DNA from: Callorhinchus milii
Taxonomy: Eukaryota
Assembly: GCF_018977255.1 (NCBI RefSeq)
Contig: NW_024704743.1
Location: 53,508,001-53,572,000 of the forward strand
Direction: 5' to 3'
DNA: 64,000 nucleotides
This document shows positions 1-11,603 of this stretch, piece after piece. The first letter of the stretch is position 1, and every line of letters begins with the position of its first letter. Under the pieces are notes generated by a model that did no database searches, was not told the DNA's origin, and was given only the letters and a program-made list of their open reading frames with translations. Position numbers and translations under genes: made by a program.

Positions 1-221
1 GTAGGCTGGTTGAGTTGTGAATGGCTGGCACATAAACTGGTGTATTTCGCTTGTTTGGAAAGGACACATCAAACTCTACCCGATCTCATTATCATAAGCA
101 TCATGTGCACATACAGTTAGGGAAATACATTTTGTTACAGGGAAAATATACGTTTTAGTAACCAGAGTAACTTTGAAGTGACTACAGTGAGATTCTAGGT
201 TTTGCAGGTACAGGTACTTAC

Positions 222-423
222 GATTCAGTGGCAGGATTATAAACTTCACAGGAATTCAGGACTCTTCCAGACACGTTGTTTCCTAAACTTCCACCACACA
301 CATAGATGAGGCCTTTAGCCTCCACCATGCCATGGCTGCATCGAGGGGTCAGCATGCTGGGCTTGGTGTGCCAATTCTCTGTTCTTGTGTCATAGCACTC
401 AAACAGATACAGGGCAGAATTTC
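222..423 (-). CDS. KLHL7: KLHL7 coding exon 9 (Kelch repeats: NSALYLFECYDTRTENW...YNPATE); gene continues beyond position 1
   Basis: Within ORF 218..451; ctttag acceptor, gtaagt donor, 202 nt. Confidence 0.96.
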
Positions 424-591
424 CTAAAGAGAGGAAGAAAAATAAAATCAATGATTTTTTATTAACTAGAATGTAGAAGAATTACAGAACAGTCATCGGG
501 AACAGGAGACTTTAAGAGCGGTGTCTAATGGGGGAGTGGGAAGGTGTCCCTTGTACGGAGCATTCATTAAACAATGTGGTTATTAACTCAC

Positions 592-832
592 CAACTTCAG
601 AGCCTCCGGATGTGTAAATCTTGCCCTCGGCAGCACAGGCAGCAAGGCTGTCTCGAGGGGTGGGTGGGCCCAGCTTGGAGTACCAGCTATCTTTAGCAAC
701 ATTGTAACAGTCCATCCGCTTGATAGGAAAGAGCTGTGAGCCTCCCAAAATATAAACCACATTGTCCCAGAAGACACAGGCTGCATCCCGACGTTTCTCA
801 AACGGGCAACGAATGTCTGTCCAAGCATAGTC
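592..832 (-). CDS. KLHL7: KLHL7 coding exon 8 (Kelch repeats: DYAWTDIRCPFEKRRDAAC...GGSEV)
   Basis: Within ORF 512..850; cacag acceptor, gtgagt donor, 241 nt; Kelch GG/Y/W pattern. Confidence 0.96.
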
Positions 833-920
833 CTGTGAAGACAATAACATTTCTAACTCACAAAACCACTGTCATTTAGAACTGAAATTTGTGGGTTACG
901 TCATGGATTTTCACACTTAC

Positions 921-1063
921 TTTAGGGTTAAAGTAGCGGCAAGACTGTGGCTGAGACCCACCAAACAATGCAATCCGATAATCATGTTTCTTTTGCCGTG
1001 GTCGGGTACTTTCTCCCAACTCTTCCCTGTCCTCTGGAGACAGAAGATGGTACCGCATCCCAC
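921..1063 (-). CDS. KLHL7: KLHL7 coding exon 7 (GMRYHLLSPEDREEL...CRYFNPK)
   Basis: Within ORF 876..1079; ccgtag acceptor, gtaagt donor, 143 nt. Confidence 0.96.
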
Positions 1064-1412
1064 CTACGGACAGAAACACTTACAGATCACATAATATGCA
1101 AAATATAAAGTGAATTCACTTCACAGTATATTCTGTGAAGCGCTTTGAGACGTCTCAAAGACATGATAAGGTGCTATATCAAATGCAAGGATTATTATTA
1201 TTAATATTATTATAACCATAATTCACCTAGCACCATCCCAAGCTAAATGTGTCTGTAAGGGTTTGCAAAGAAAATACAATTTAGTCAAAGTCTCATCTCA
1301 GTAGAGCTCAGGATATCGTATGTTGGGCAAATATTTTGAAGTGACCAAATGCAGAATGTTAGCGCACTGAGTCTACCTGTGATTTAAGAAAAAATAGCAA
1401 TTACATACTTAC

Positions 1413-1587
1413 TGATAACCATTTTGAGACACTCTGGATTGTCCTGTATGAGTGATTCTGCTTGGACAGTTTTACTTAAGAGATTCTTAGAGATGAGGGG
1501 AAATCTGACTTTTGCCAAAATGTCAACCATATACAGCTGTCGATTGGGTTCGTCGTACTTCAGCCACCGGACTGCTGCGTCATACAC
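1413..1587 (-). CDS. KLHL7: KLHL7 coding exon 6 (VYDAAVRWLKYDEPNRQ...CLKMVI)
   Basis: Within ORF 1384..1617; catcag acceptor, gtaagt donor, 175 nt. Confidence 0.96.
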
Positions 1588-1669
1588 CTGATGTGGAATG
1601 GAAACAAAGTGCTGCAAATCAGTAAACTTTACACTACATCCAAGTGTCCTCTCACAGTGTCTAAATGTC

Positions 1670-2050
1670 AGGCTAACTCAGCTGATACCACTCTCACCTC
1701 AGATCAAGATCAAAATTGGGACTTTGAGGGCAGAGTAGATGGACACTCAAATGCAGTTCAGGGGAAGCGCTACATTGCTTGAAGTTCTGTTAAACTGAGG
1801 ACCTGTCTCCTTGTTCAGGTAAACGATTAAAAATCCAGAAAGTAGTTTCTCCCAGGGCATGGCCAACAATCTCCCAAATAAAATTAGTCAATCACTTCAT
1901 GATTGTTTGTGAGGCATTCCTGTGCTCAAAAGGGCTGCTGCATTGACCTACAAATACAGCCACTCCACTTTACAGTAAAATCCTATGAAGTGCTTTGAGA
2001 CATCCTTCCAATGTGAAAGGCACTATGCCAAATGCAAGAATTATTATCAC
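1670..2050 (+). mobile_element. Deu-domain SINE (SacSINE/AmnSINE-like), decayed
   Basis: Core aaactgagg...tgttcaggt...ggccaacaat and SINE tail shared with copies at 4229, 5575, 47975. Confidence 0.6.
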
Positions 2051-2283
2051 TATTATTATAACTTTCAAAACCCTCCTAAGCATACTTCTTTGGCTTATTC
2101 TCTATAAAGCGCTTTGAAATGTTTAACTACATGAAAGGCGCCATACAAGTGCAAGTTGGTGTTGTTGGAAAAAAANTCCAATGATTAGTTCCCTCTTTGC
2201 ACCTTCCAGTGCCAATATAGGATTGCCAAACATCCTGCCATGTATATGCTTAAGAAAAGCAGGTGAACATGACCTGTTAGTAC

Positions 2284-2459
2284 CTGGTCTTCTGCTCGAA
2301 CAGTCAGTGCATCTTGCTTTAGCAGGTGTGTCACCCTTTTGACATCCAGCTGCAGAAACTCGTCGGTTTTGTAAACCTCAGTGAAATGCTGATGGATGAA
2401 AGCATCGGCTGAAGTCTTCAGCTCTGGGCAATCAAGGCATTCTGCCAACACACTTATTC
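2284..2459 (-). CDS. KLHL7: KLHL7 coding exon 5 (BACK domain: ISVLAECLDCPELK...VRAEDQ)
   Basis: Within ORF 2185..2505; ttcatag acceptor, gtacta donor, 176 nt. Confidence 0.96.
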
Positions 2460-3947
2460 CTATGAACAAAACACAAGCAGTGAATATTTTGCCCAATACA
2501 TCCATTCATCCAAAATAAAAATGACTACAGAACAAAAATAAGCTCTAATTCCAATCACAAATGAATACAATGTTATATAATTAAAGACGCTAACAGAAAT
2601 TCATGTATTTTTAGACTGGGTGCTGAGACAACACTACATATGTCATTCTACCTCTGGAGGGGAGAATATTCCTTTGAAACCTTTAATTGACAATGTGAGG
2701 TTTTAAATCTTTAATTACACATGCCTAAAATTCACATAGAATTAAATATTTAATCTAAAAGGCTGTTTTTTAGAATAGAAGTATGCAGATGTATTGAATC
2801 TGTAGCAACAAGCTACTTTCTACCAATCCAGTCTAAAAATCCAAAGTTACATAACCGTATAAATCCTTGAAATACTACATTTTTAGTATTTATTTTTTAA
2901 AAGAAAAAGCAATATTTAAATAAACAATAATTGATTTTCATGACTATACAAGACAGCATAACCAGTTGCTTAGAATCTGGAGGCTAAAATGTTAGGGAGA
3001 GATTAATAAAATGTTTAGCCCCCTCCCCTATCACAGGCATATGAAGTAACTGACAGCATCAGCTTTGCTGAACCAGTGACCAAATCATATCATTGAGCAG
3101 CCCTGTGAAGAGATTAACCCCATTGCTTCTGTAACAAGTGTCACCGGTTTATAGCTTCAAAGCGAGGACAACAAAAATAAACAGGATTTTTTAAAAAGTA
3201 AATGGGTGATGGGCATACGTACACGTTCCAATTACACGTGATGAAACAAGGAACAATAAAAGGTTTCAAAAAATAACAATAAATTGCATAGATTTAATAT
3301 ATAATGAAATATACATGTCAAAAAAATCTTCTGAGAAGCTGAATGGGTAGGCTGCATGGACCAATGGTCTATCCACTCTCACCTCAAAGACACTATGTTT
3401 CGTCCACAAAATATGCACAATCACACACCACGTTACAGTGTATTGTGATACGCTCTGAGCCATCTCAACAAAGTGATAAGGTGTTATATCAAATGCAAGG
3501 ATTATTATTACAATAAAATGTTACATTTATATAGCACCTTCACATCAGAAGGCTGTGCCAAAGTTGCTATTATTAGTATTAATAACAAGTATTAACAATA
3601 TTAATTAATAATATTCATAATTATTAATAATAATTCAAATTAATAATTAATACGTGTCATTAATAATAATGCAAAGGAAAATATTTTGCTAATGTTAAAT
3701 CAAAGAAAACATCAAAAAACTCAGTAGCCAAATGTTGCCAGATTTTATAAATTTTCTCCTTCAGTATGTATCCCAAGGTCATCAGACACAATGTTAATTT
3801 TTTTGTTAATTTTGTCACATATAAGAGAATAGAGACACAGGAGAAAGCCACATAGCAGGATTGAAGGTTTGAAAGATGCACTGTTACATTGCTTATCATC
3901 AGTACAATGATTATACAATACTTTCCACATACAAATCAACAACATAC

Positions 3948-4072
3948 CCAAACAATTGGAAGCATCAATTTGCTCTTTGAGGAACTCAACACACATTTTC
4001 TTCACTGGTTCAATCTGATACTGGTTTGCTGCATCCAACAGCGATTGAACATTGTTGCTGTTAACAGAGATC
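3948..4072 (-). CDS. KLHL7: KLHL7 coding exon 4 (ISVNSNNVQSLLDAANQYQIEPVKKMCVEFLKEQIDASNCL)
   Basis: Within ORF 3745..4203; tttacag acceptor, gtatgt donor, 125 nt. Confidence 0.96.
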
Positions 4073-4228
4073 CTGTAAATATATATTAAAAAATAATCAA
4101 AATTTTCTACCACTTGGTGGTACAGTGCAGTGAAAACATACTGAATGAGCCTCAGATCACTGGAGCTTTGAAGCAATCTACTTGATTTGTTCTCTTTCTT
4201 CAAGATTTATAGAATTGGATGTAGCAGT

Positions 4229-4920
4229 TTCAGCTTGCCTTAATTGATAGCATTCTCGCCTTTGAGTTCAAGCCTTTGAGCTCATATAGTCCAGGCTGAC
4301 ACTCCAATGCAGTACTGGGGGTGTGCTGCATTGTTGGAGGTGCCATCCTTCAGATGAAACGTGAAACTGAGGTCAGTCTGTCTGTTTCATGTGGATGTTA
4401 AAGATCCAATCACACTAATCTGTAGCGTGGAGTCCTGTAGCTTAGTGATTAGAGAATGCGCTTCCATCATTTCTCAAACCTAGGACTCTGGGTTCGATTC
4501 CCAGCAGGGACAAACATTATGGCAAGTTTCCTTACTCCACACACCTCAGTTTACCTAGCATTAAGCAGGAACCTAGTTGTTAGTCGATTGGCGGATCGCT
4601 TTTCCGGGGGTAACAATTCGTTCAAAATAAAAATAATTTGGTCACTCAATTGTTTGTGGGACATTGTTGCGTGCAATTCGCTGCTGCGTTTTGTCCACAA
4701 AATATACAGTCAATTCACTTTACAATATATTGTGTGAAGAGCTTTGAAACGTCTCAAAGATGTGATAAGGCGCTATATCAAATGCAAGTATTATTATTAC
4801 CAAAAAGAGAAGGGAATTTCTCGCGGTGTCCTGGCCGACTATCCCCCAAATACAATTGGTTAATTAACTCCATGGCTGTTTATAGGAAATTGCCGTGAGC
4901 GAACTGGCTACCAGTAAATC
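4229..4920 (+). mobile_element. Deu-domain SINE interrupted by a tRNA-head SINE (~4430-4800)
   Basis: Deu core (tgccatccttcagatgaaacgtgaaactgagg...aaagatcc) stops at ~4420 and resumes at ~4801 (agagaagggaatttctc...gtcctggcc); the insert has a gagtcctgtagct head, B box ggttcgattcc and a ttattatt tail. Confidence 0.8.
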
Positions 4921-5029
4921 CCAGCATACAAAAAGCAATGTTTTTGAAGACTGAACTATTCAACAACAACTTGCATTTATATAACGCCCCCCAAGCAGGG
5001 TAATGTCACAGAGCTCTTATTTTACCCAC

Positions 5030-5123
5030 CTTGCAGTATATGCAAACTCCACCAGCAGTTCAATTATATCAGGTTCTGCATCTTTGAGTTCAACTTCGTA
5101 AGACTTTGATTCAAGCATATTTG
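5030..5123 (-). CDS. KLHL7: KLHL7 coding exon 3 (NMLESKSYEVELKDAEPDIIELLVEFAYTA)
   Basis: Manual translation; tag acceptor, gtgggt donor, 94 nt, phase-consistent. Confidence 0.95.
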
Positions 5124-5240
5124 CTACCAGGAAAAAAAAGCAGAGCACAGCATTACGGATTATTTCATTGATTGGGCAACACAGTGAGGAGAAATATTAC
5201 TGATTTGTGGATCTACTGAACTGATGGTAAATAAACTCAC

Positions 5241-5343
5241 TGGTAAACATCAGACTGAAAAAGTGGCTCGCAGCTGCAAGGACAACTCGATGAGCTGGGA
5301 TGTTCCTATCTGACACCACCAGAATTACATCACATAGAGTTTT
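5241..5343 (-). CDS. KLHL7: KLHL7 coding exon 2 ([37 protein letters not shown])
   Basis: Manual translation (absent from ORF track); tttcag acceptor, gtgagt donor, 103 nt, phase 0 to 1. Confidence 0.95.
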
Positions 5344-6357
5344 CTGAAAAGGAAACAGAGGTGAATGTTTGAGCAGGCACAGTATGTCAAAGTAAGAAAC
5401 TTCACCAACTAATATGGCAAACTGAAGACATCTAGAGAAAGATTATACAGTAATCAAAGCAGAGCAGGAAGGTCTCAGGTTCAACTATGCTTCATTAGTG
5501 GATCTCAGCATCACTGGGTTACCAGAGGTGTAAAAAAAATGAGAAAACGTTCTTTCTCCTTAATCGTGTTGCGAGTTCAAGCCCCATATCAGGTCTTTAA
5601 GCTCAGTCTAGCCTGATATTTCCATGCAGTACTCAGGAGGATTGCATTACGAGAGGTGCCAACCTACGAATGAGACATTAAACTTAGGTCCCATCTGCCT
5701 GTTCAAGTGGACATTAAAGATCCCATGATATTATTTAAAAAGAGAAATTTCTCCCCATGTTCTGGCCAACAATCCCCTAAATGAAATTGGTCATTAACTT
5801 CATTGCTATTTGCTCTCATTGCTGTGTGCAAATTGGCTCCTGTGTTCATCTACAAATATATATAGGGATATAGGAACAGGAATAGGCCATTCAGCCCCTT
5901 GAGCCTGATCCGCCATTCTATCAGATCATGGCTGATCTGTATTTCCACTCCAATTACGCATACACAATATACAATTACATGTGCATTACAATTAACAGTA
6001 AAATCCTGTGAAGCACTTAGACTTTTTGAAAACATAATAAAGGCCTATATCAAATGCACAAATTATTATTATCTATTATTAACCTTTTGTGTAGTCCAAT
6101 GGATGACACTGGAATTGCCATGAGATTTTTCCAGAGGAAGAATAGGTAGAGCACTACATGCTAAATGATAAAAATATACAAGGAGTAGAAGAGCAGAGAC
6201 CTAGGAGTTAACAAACATAAATCTTTAAAGGTGGGAACGCTGGTGGACAAAGCTGTGAAGAAAGCTAATGGGATTCTAGGATTTATAAATAGCGAAATAG
6301 AATAGGAACAAAACTCATGATGCTTAATCTGTATAAATCATTACTTAAGAGTATTCT

Positions 6358-6665
6358 GGGTTCTGTAGCTCAGTGTTTAGACAAATCGCCTCGCAAATGA
6401 GAAACCTGGGTTTGATTCCCGGCAGAGCTAAACTTTAGGCAAGTTTCCTTACCCCACACGCTTCTATTTACCTAGCAGTAAATAGGAACCTGGTTGTTAG
6501 TCGATTGGGGGATCGGTTTCCGGGGGTAATAATTTCTTCAAAAAAAAACTGGTCATTCAATCCAAGACTGTTTGTGGGACACTGCTGTGTGCAATTGACT
6601 GCTGTGTTTCACCCACAAAATATACAGTCAATTCACTTTACAGTATATTCTGTGAAGTCCTTTGA
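6358..6665 (+). mobile_element. tRNA-head SINE, 3' truncated
   Basis: ctgtagctcagtg head, gtttgattccc B box, shared body. Confidence 0.8.
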
Positions 6666-6669
6666 GTGT

Positions 6670-7350
6670 TTTGGCTGCATATGGGTTAAGGTACATTAGG
6701 AGGTGGTCAATGTAGCAGAGGTGGAGGAAGGTAGTCCTTATCAGGGAATGGATGTGGTGAAGGAAGGTGGTCCTTGTCAGGGAATGGATGTGGTGAAGGA
6801 AGGACAGCTGTGTGTCGAACCTGACATCTAGGTTTAGGTTGAGCACTGGTTCGGTAAGTCTGAGGGATATGCCAGGGAGGTTAGAGGCGCAGGACAGAAG
6901 AAGTTGACGGGTACCCATGAGTATGGCTTTGTTTTGTCAACATTGAGTTGTTGGAAGTTTTCACTCATTTAGGCCCTGATATCTGCCATCGGTGGATCTG
7001 GAGTCCCAGCTGGAGAAGTAGCTTTATGTGTTATCTGCATACATGTGGAAGTTTACCCCATGTCTACTGATGACATCGCTAAGAGGAAGCATATAGATGA
7101 GGAAGAGGAGGGGCCCAAGGATGGAGCCCTGGGGTATACCACAGGTGACTGGGTGGGGGTGGGAGGAGAAATCATTTGAAGAGACAAAATGGAGGCAGTT
7201 TGTAAGGTTGGACTAACCAAGGTAGTGCAGTCCTACTGAGGTGGATAAGGAGAGGCGGGAGATGAGGATGGTGTGGTCAAAGAGGAAGGTCTTCAGGTGT
7301 GATCTGAAGACGGGCAAGGAGGTTGTCAGGAAGGATGGTTGAGGCCAGAG
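6670..7350 (-). mobile_element. Decayed L2 LINE RT fragment
   Basis: Similar to 51600-52130 (tctgcatacatgtggaagtt = FHMYAD motif on the minus strand). Confidence 0.75.
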
Positions 7351-7411
7351 CAATTTTTTAAAAAAAGCTTGTGGTTGTGATGGGAGAATAGTATTCTACA
7401 AGGATCAGATC

Positions 7412-7700
7412 AAATAATAATAATCGGGAGGACGTCCCAAAGCGCTTCACAGAACACACTGTAAAGTGAATTGACTGTATATTTGTGGGCGAACGCGGCA
7501 GCCAATTGCACACAGCAATGTCCCACAAACAGTCGTAGATTGAAAATGACCAATTTATTATTGTTTTAGTTTTGGAGGGATTATTATTAGGGCTCTGTGT
7601 GGAGTAAGGAAACTTGCCCAAGGTTTCGCCCTCTGCCTGGAATTGAACTCAGGTCTCTCGAGCAAAGCGAGTGCTCTAACCACTGAGCTACAGGACTCCA
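7412..7700 (-). mobile_element. tRNA-head SINE
   Basis: Reverse complement of the family: ctaaccactgagctacaggactcc head at ~7677-7699. Confidence 0.85.
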
Positions 7701-7926
7701 CACAAATGGGCCAAGAGGGCATAATGGGCCAAGAGGGCATAATGGAATTTCTCCCACAAATATACAGTCAATTCACTTTACAGTGTGTTCTGTGAAGCAC
7801 TTTGGGACGTCCTCCCGACGTGAAAAGCGCTATATCAAATGCAAGGATTATTATTATTATAATCTTCATCCAAACCAATCTTGTGAGAAGCAAATTGGGG
7901 AAGGTGGGGAGGGGAGCAATCCTTAC

Positions 7927-8049
7927 CTGCTTTCTCATATTATTCATGACTCCCATAAAAGTTGCCAGAAGTTTAGCTTCTTCTCTGGCTGCAAATTTCT
8001 TCTCACTTTTCTTCTTGCCACCCCCTTTCTCTGTGCCTACAGAGGCCAT
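7927..8049 (-). CDS. KLHL7: Kelch-like protein 7, first coding exon (MASVGTEKGGGKKKSEKKFAAREEAKLLATFMGVMNNMRKQ)
   Basis: gccATGg Kozak start at 8049, peptide matches the KLHL7 N-terminus as I know it, CAG|GTAAGG donor at 7926; candidate acceptor ttttttgcag just above 8113 implies an upstream non-coding exon. Confidence 0.95.
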
Positions 8050-8422
8050 GGCAACATGGAGCAGAGTGATAGAGTGTGTGTGTGAGTGAGAGGCAGCCAC
8101 AGAAAATAGGGAACTGCAAAAAACGTGCACACATCACAAAGCCAATCACTCAACTGGGAGGGGGTGGGGGGCAAATAAATCAGGAGGGGTGGGGGCGGGG
8201 GTTTAGATCAGAGGGGGGGGTCTCCCCAAATTAGGTGTGTGGGGAGGGGGAATGCCTAAATCAGGTGGGGGGTGGTCAGCATTCACACAGTCACTGAAAT
8301 TGCACAGGACAGGAAATCATCCCAACCCTCTGCTCTGTTCTATTTTGTTTTTAAGAACCCTCTACAAAGTAACTAAATGTTACACAGGAGGAGGGAAGCA
8401 AAGGTGCATTCTGTAATTGTTT

Positions 8423-9363
8423 CAACAGCACAGAGGCAGGAGCCAGGGACAGGGGGAGAGACAGGGACAGGGGGAGAGACAGGGGAGAGGCAGGGACAGG
8501 GGGAGAGACAGGGACAGAGACAGGGACAGGGGGAGAGACAGGGACAGAGACAGGGACAGGGGGAGAGACAGGGACAGAGACAGGGACAGGGGGAGAGACA
8601 GGGGAGAGGCAGGGGCAGGGGGGAGAGGCAGGGGCAGGGGGAGAGGCAGGAGCAGGGGGGAGAGGCAGGGGAGAGGCAGGGGCAGGGGGAGAGGCAGGGG
8701 CAGGGGGAGAGGCAGGAGCAGGGGGAGAGGCAGGGCAGGGGAGAGGCAGGAGCAGGGGGAGAGGCAGGAGCAGGGGAGGGCAGGGGGAGAGGCAGGGCAG
8801 GGGGAGAGGCAGGGCAGGGGGAGAGGCAGGAGCAGGGGGAGAGGCAGGGCAGGGGGGAGAGGCAGGAGCAGGGGGAGAGGCAGGAGCAGGGGGAGAGGCA
8901 GGGGCAGGGGGGAGAGGCAGGAGCAGGGGGGAGAGGCAGGCAGGGAGAGGCAGGGGGGGAGAGGCAGGAGCAGGGGGGAGAGGCAGGGCAGGGGAGAGGC
9001 AGGGGCAGGGGGAGAGGCAGGGCAGGGGGAGAGGCAGGGAGGGGAGAGGCAGGGGGAGAGGCAGGGGAGGGGAGAGGCAGGGGGAGAGGCAGGGCAGGGG
9101 GAGAGGCAGGGGCAGGGGGAGAGGCAGGGGAGAGGCAGGGCAGGGGGAGAGGCAGGGCAGGGGGGAGGCAGGGGGGAGAGGCAGGGGAGGGGAGAGGCAG
9201 GGCAGGGGGAGAGGCAGGGGAGGGGGGAGAGGCAGGGCAGGGGGAGGGCAGGGGGAGGGCAGGGGGGAGAGGCAGGGGGAGGGGGAGAGGCAGGACAGGG
9301 GGAGAGGCAGGGGGAGGGAGGGAGGGGAGAGCAGGGCAGGGGGAGAGGCAGGGGCAGGGCAGC
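8423..9363. repeat. G-rich low-complexity tandem array (GGCAGG/GGGGAGAGGCAGG; GGGACAGAGACA variant at left)
   Basis: Directly visible; no T seen on the plus strand, which explains the stacked stop-free ORFs. Confidence 0.95.
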
Positions 9364-9369
9364 TGACTG

Positions 9370-10090
9370 ATTGCAAGGCGATGCCCGGTGAGAGGGAGAG
9401 GGACAGACACAGGGAGGGGAGAGGGAGGTGTTGGGGAAGTTGCCGCGTCTCTGCAATGGCTGTTGGTCCAGCGCGGGGCGGGTCGGGTCGGGTTGTGCTG
9501 TGGTTTGTTGCTGCTCTGTCCCTCTGTGTGTGTGTGTGTCTGTGTCTGTCTGTCTGTGTGTGTGGTGTGTGTGTTCACGGGGCAGACGCTGCTCGGCAGC
9601 AATCACTGCGGCAAAGAGATGGCTTCAGCTCCCGCTCCCCATCCCCTCCCCCCCCCAACACACACACACACACACATACACACACACATACACAAAAGAT
9701 AAGAGGTAAAGAAAATCCAAACCTATCCTAAAACTGCCCGCACTCAGCACGATGGCGCCCTCTCAGGGTCTGTGCTGCAAGAGCCAAACACATGAGCAGG
9801 AATGCCTGACCCCCTTTGGGTGTCTCCCAATCCCTCAGCCATTCCTTTCCTTTCCTCCCTCTCTCCCTCTCTCTCTCCCCCTCCCTCACTTATGTAGATC
9901 TGTTGCTGGACTTGTTGGTTGTTTTTTTCCGCGCGCGCCATTCTATTGTTCTACTCATTTTCCGCGCACAGGAATGATAAAAATAATAGTCCTTGCGATT
10001 CGGTATTCTCGCCTTATCACGTCGTTGAGACGTCGCAAAGCGCTTCACGGAATCGACTGCGAAGCGAATCGACTGTTATGTTTGTAGGCA
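9370..10090 (-). promoter_or_regulatory. CpG-rich probable KLHL7 promoter / non-coding first exon region
   Basis: Local CpG enrichment (gcgcggggcgggtcggg, ccgcgcgcgcc), CA/GT microsatellites, weak candidate donor cccc|gtgaac at 9578; lies upstream of the acceptor at ~8113. Confidence 0.5.
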
Positions 10091-11329
10091 AAAGAATAAA
10101 CAAAAGAAAAAAGATACACGGTAAAGTGAATTGACTATATTTTGTGGGCAGAACACAGCAGCCAATTGCGTACTGCAGTGTCCCAGAAACAGTGGATTGA
10201 GGGACCAATTTATTTATTTTAAACAGATTATTACCTCTGGAAAGTGATCCACCAATCGACTAACAACTGGATTCTTACTTCCTGTTAGGTAAACAGAGGT
10301 ATGTGCAGTAAAGAAACTTGTCTAAGATTTTGCCTTGGAATCGAACCCTGGCCCTCTTGCTTGTGAGGAGAGTGCTCTAACCAATACACTACAGGACTCC
10401 GCATGTGCAAAGTCAGGTGCTAGGAACTCTTGCAAATTTGAAATTAAAACTAAACAATATGTACTGGACTGGAAATGCAAGAGATAGGTGATAGAATCAG
10501 AAATTCACAGAATAGAAGGAGGCAATTTGGCCCATCGAGTCTGCACCGGCTCTCAGATCCTGGAGTCTCTTCACCTCACCTCTTCCCTCGCCTCCTTCAA
10601 GGTCTGTCTCAAAACCTTCCTCCTTGACCATGCCTTCGGTCATCTTCCTCCACTTTCACATTCAAAACTTTGAAAACAGCATATTTTATCATTTCAAAAT
10701 CTCATTTATATTCTTGCAATTCTGCTGCTGGCTGTGTTACTTCATCTACATAAATAGCAGGAGTATCAGCAGTCCTGAGTAGATTTGTGAAGAATGTCCG
10801 TGTAGACACTCCCTCAATGGTAGTGTTACCCTTTCAATATATAGAAATGAATGCCAGCACCCTCCAGTGGACTGAAGAGGTTTGAATGTAGTGTACTATG
10901 CAATTAAGGTCAAGTGAATAAGAATAACAAATTACATTTGTATAACACCTTTCACATCGGGAGGACATCACAAAGTGCTGAATTCAACATGAAAAGAAAT
11001 ATACAGGTCCAAATTGGCCAAACATTGTAGAGTTAATGGAAGAATTTGGAGAATAAAATAGCTGAACTAAAATACGAGAGAAATTATGTAGGTTTTTCTA
11101 AATTAATGATTCACTATGAAAACCTTAACTGCTACTTTACTCTGTATGTTCTGTTATTTTAAATTGCTTTAAGGCACCATTATTACAGTTCAGAATTTTA
11201 GTTCTTCTGTGCATCAGCCAAAAAGGCAGAAATGTATGTCAGAGCTTCCTCAATCCTGTCACGAGCTATTTCACTTGCAACCTGCTGATCCCCTGCCCAT
11301 TTTGGGTGCCGTTGAAGTGCCAAAGTGAA

Positions 11330-11603
11330 TTGAACTTGAGTTCAATTCCAGGCAGGGCGAAACCTTGGGCAAGTTTCCTTACTCCACACAGAGCCTAATA
11401 ATAATCCCTCCAAAACAAAACAATAATAAATTAGTCATTTTCAATCCATGACTGTTTGTGGGACATTGCTGTGCGCAATTGGCTGCTGGGTTCGCCCACA
11501 AATATACAGTCAATTCACTTTACAGTATATTCTGTGAAGCGCTTTGGGACGTCTAGAAAACGTGAAAAGCGCTATATTAAATGCAAGGATTATTATTATT
11601 ATT
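11330..11603 (+). mobile_element. 5'-truncated tRNA-head SINE with 8-bp TSD
   Basis: Family body and (tta)n tail; aaagtgaa at 11322-11329 and 11604-11611. Confidence 0.85.

Noticed and set aside
5455..5530. LF-SINE-like head (also ~49500-49615 on the minus strand)
   Set aside because: Resemblance is short and from memory; too decayed to call without a profile search
8351..9731. Five long overlapping Pro/Gly/Arg-rich ORFs (317-409 aa)
   Set aside because: Artefact of a T-free low-complexity array that cannot contain stop codons on either strand
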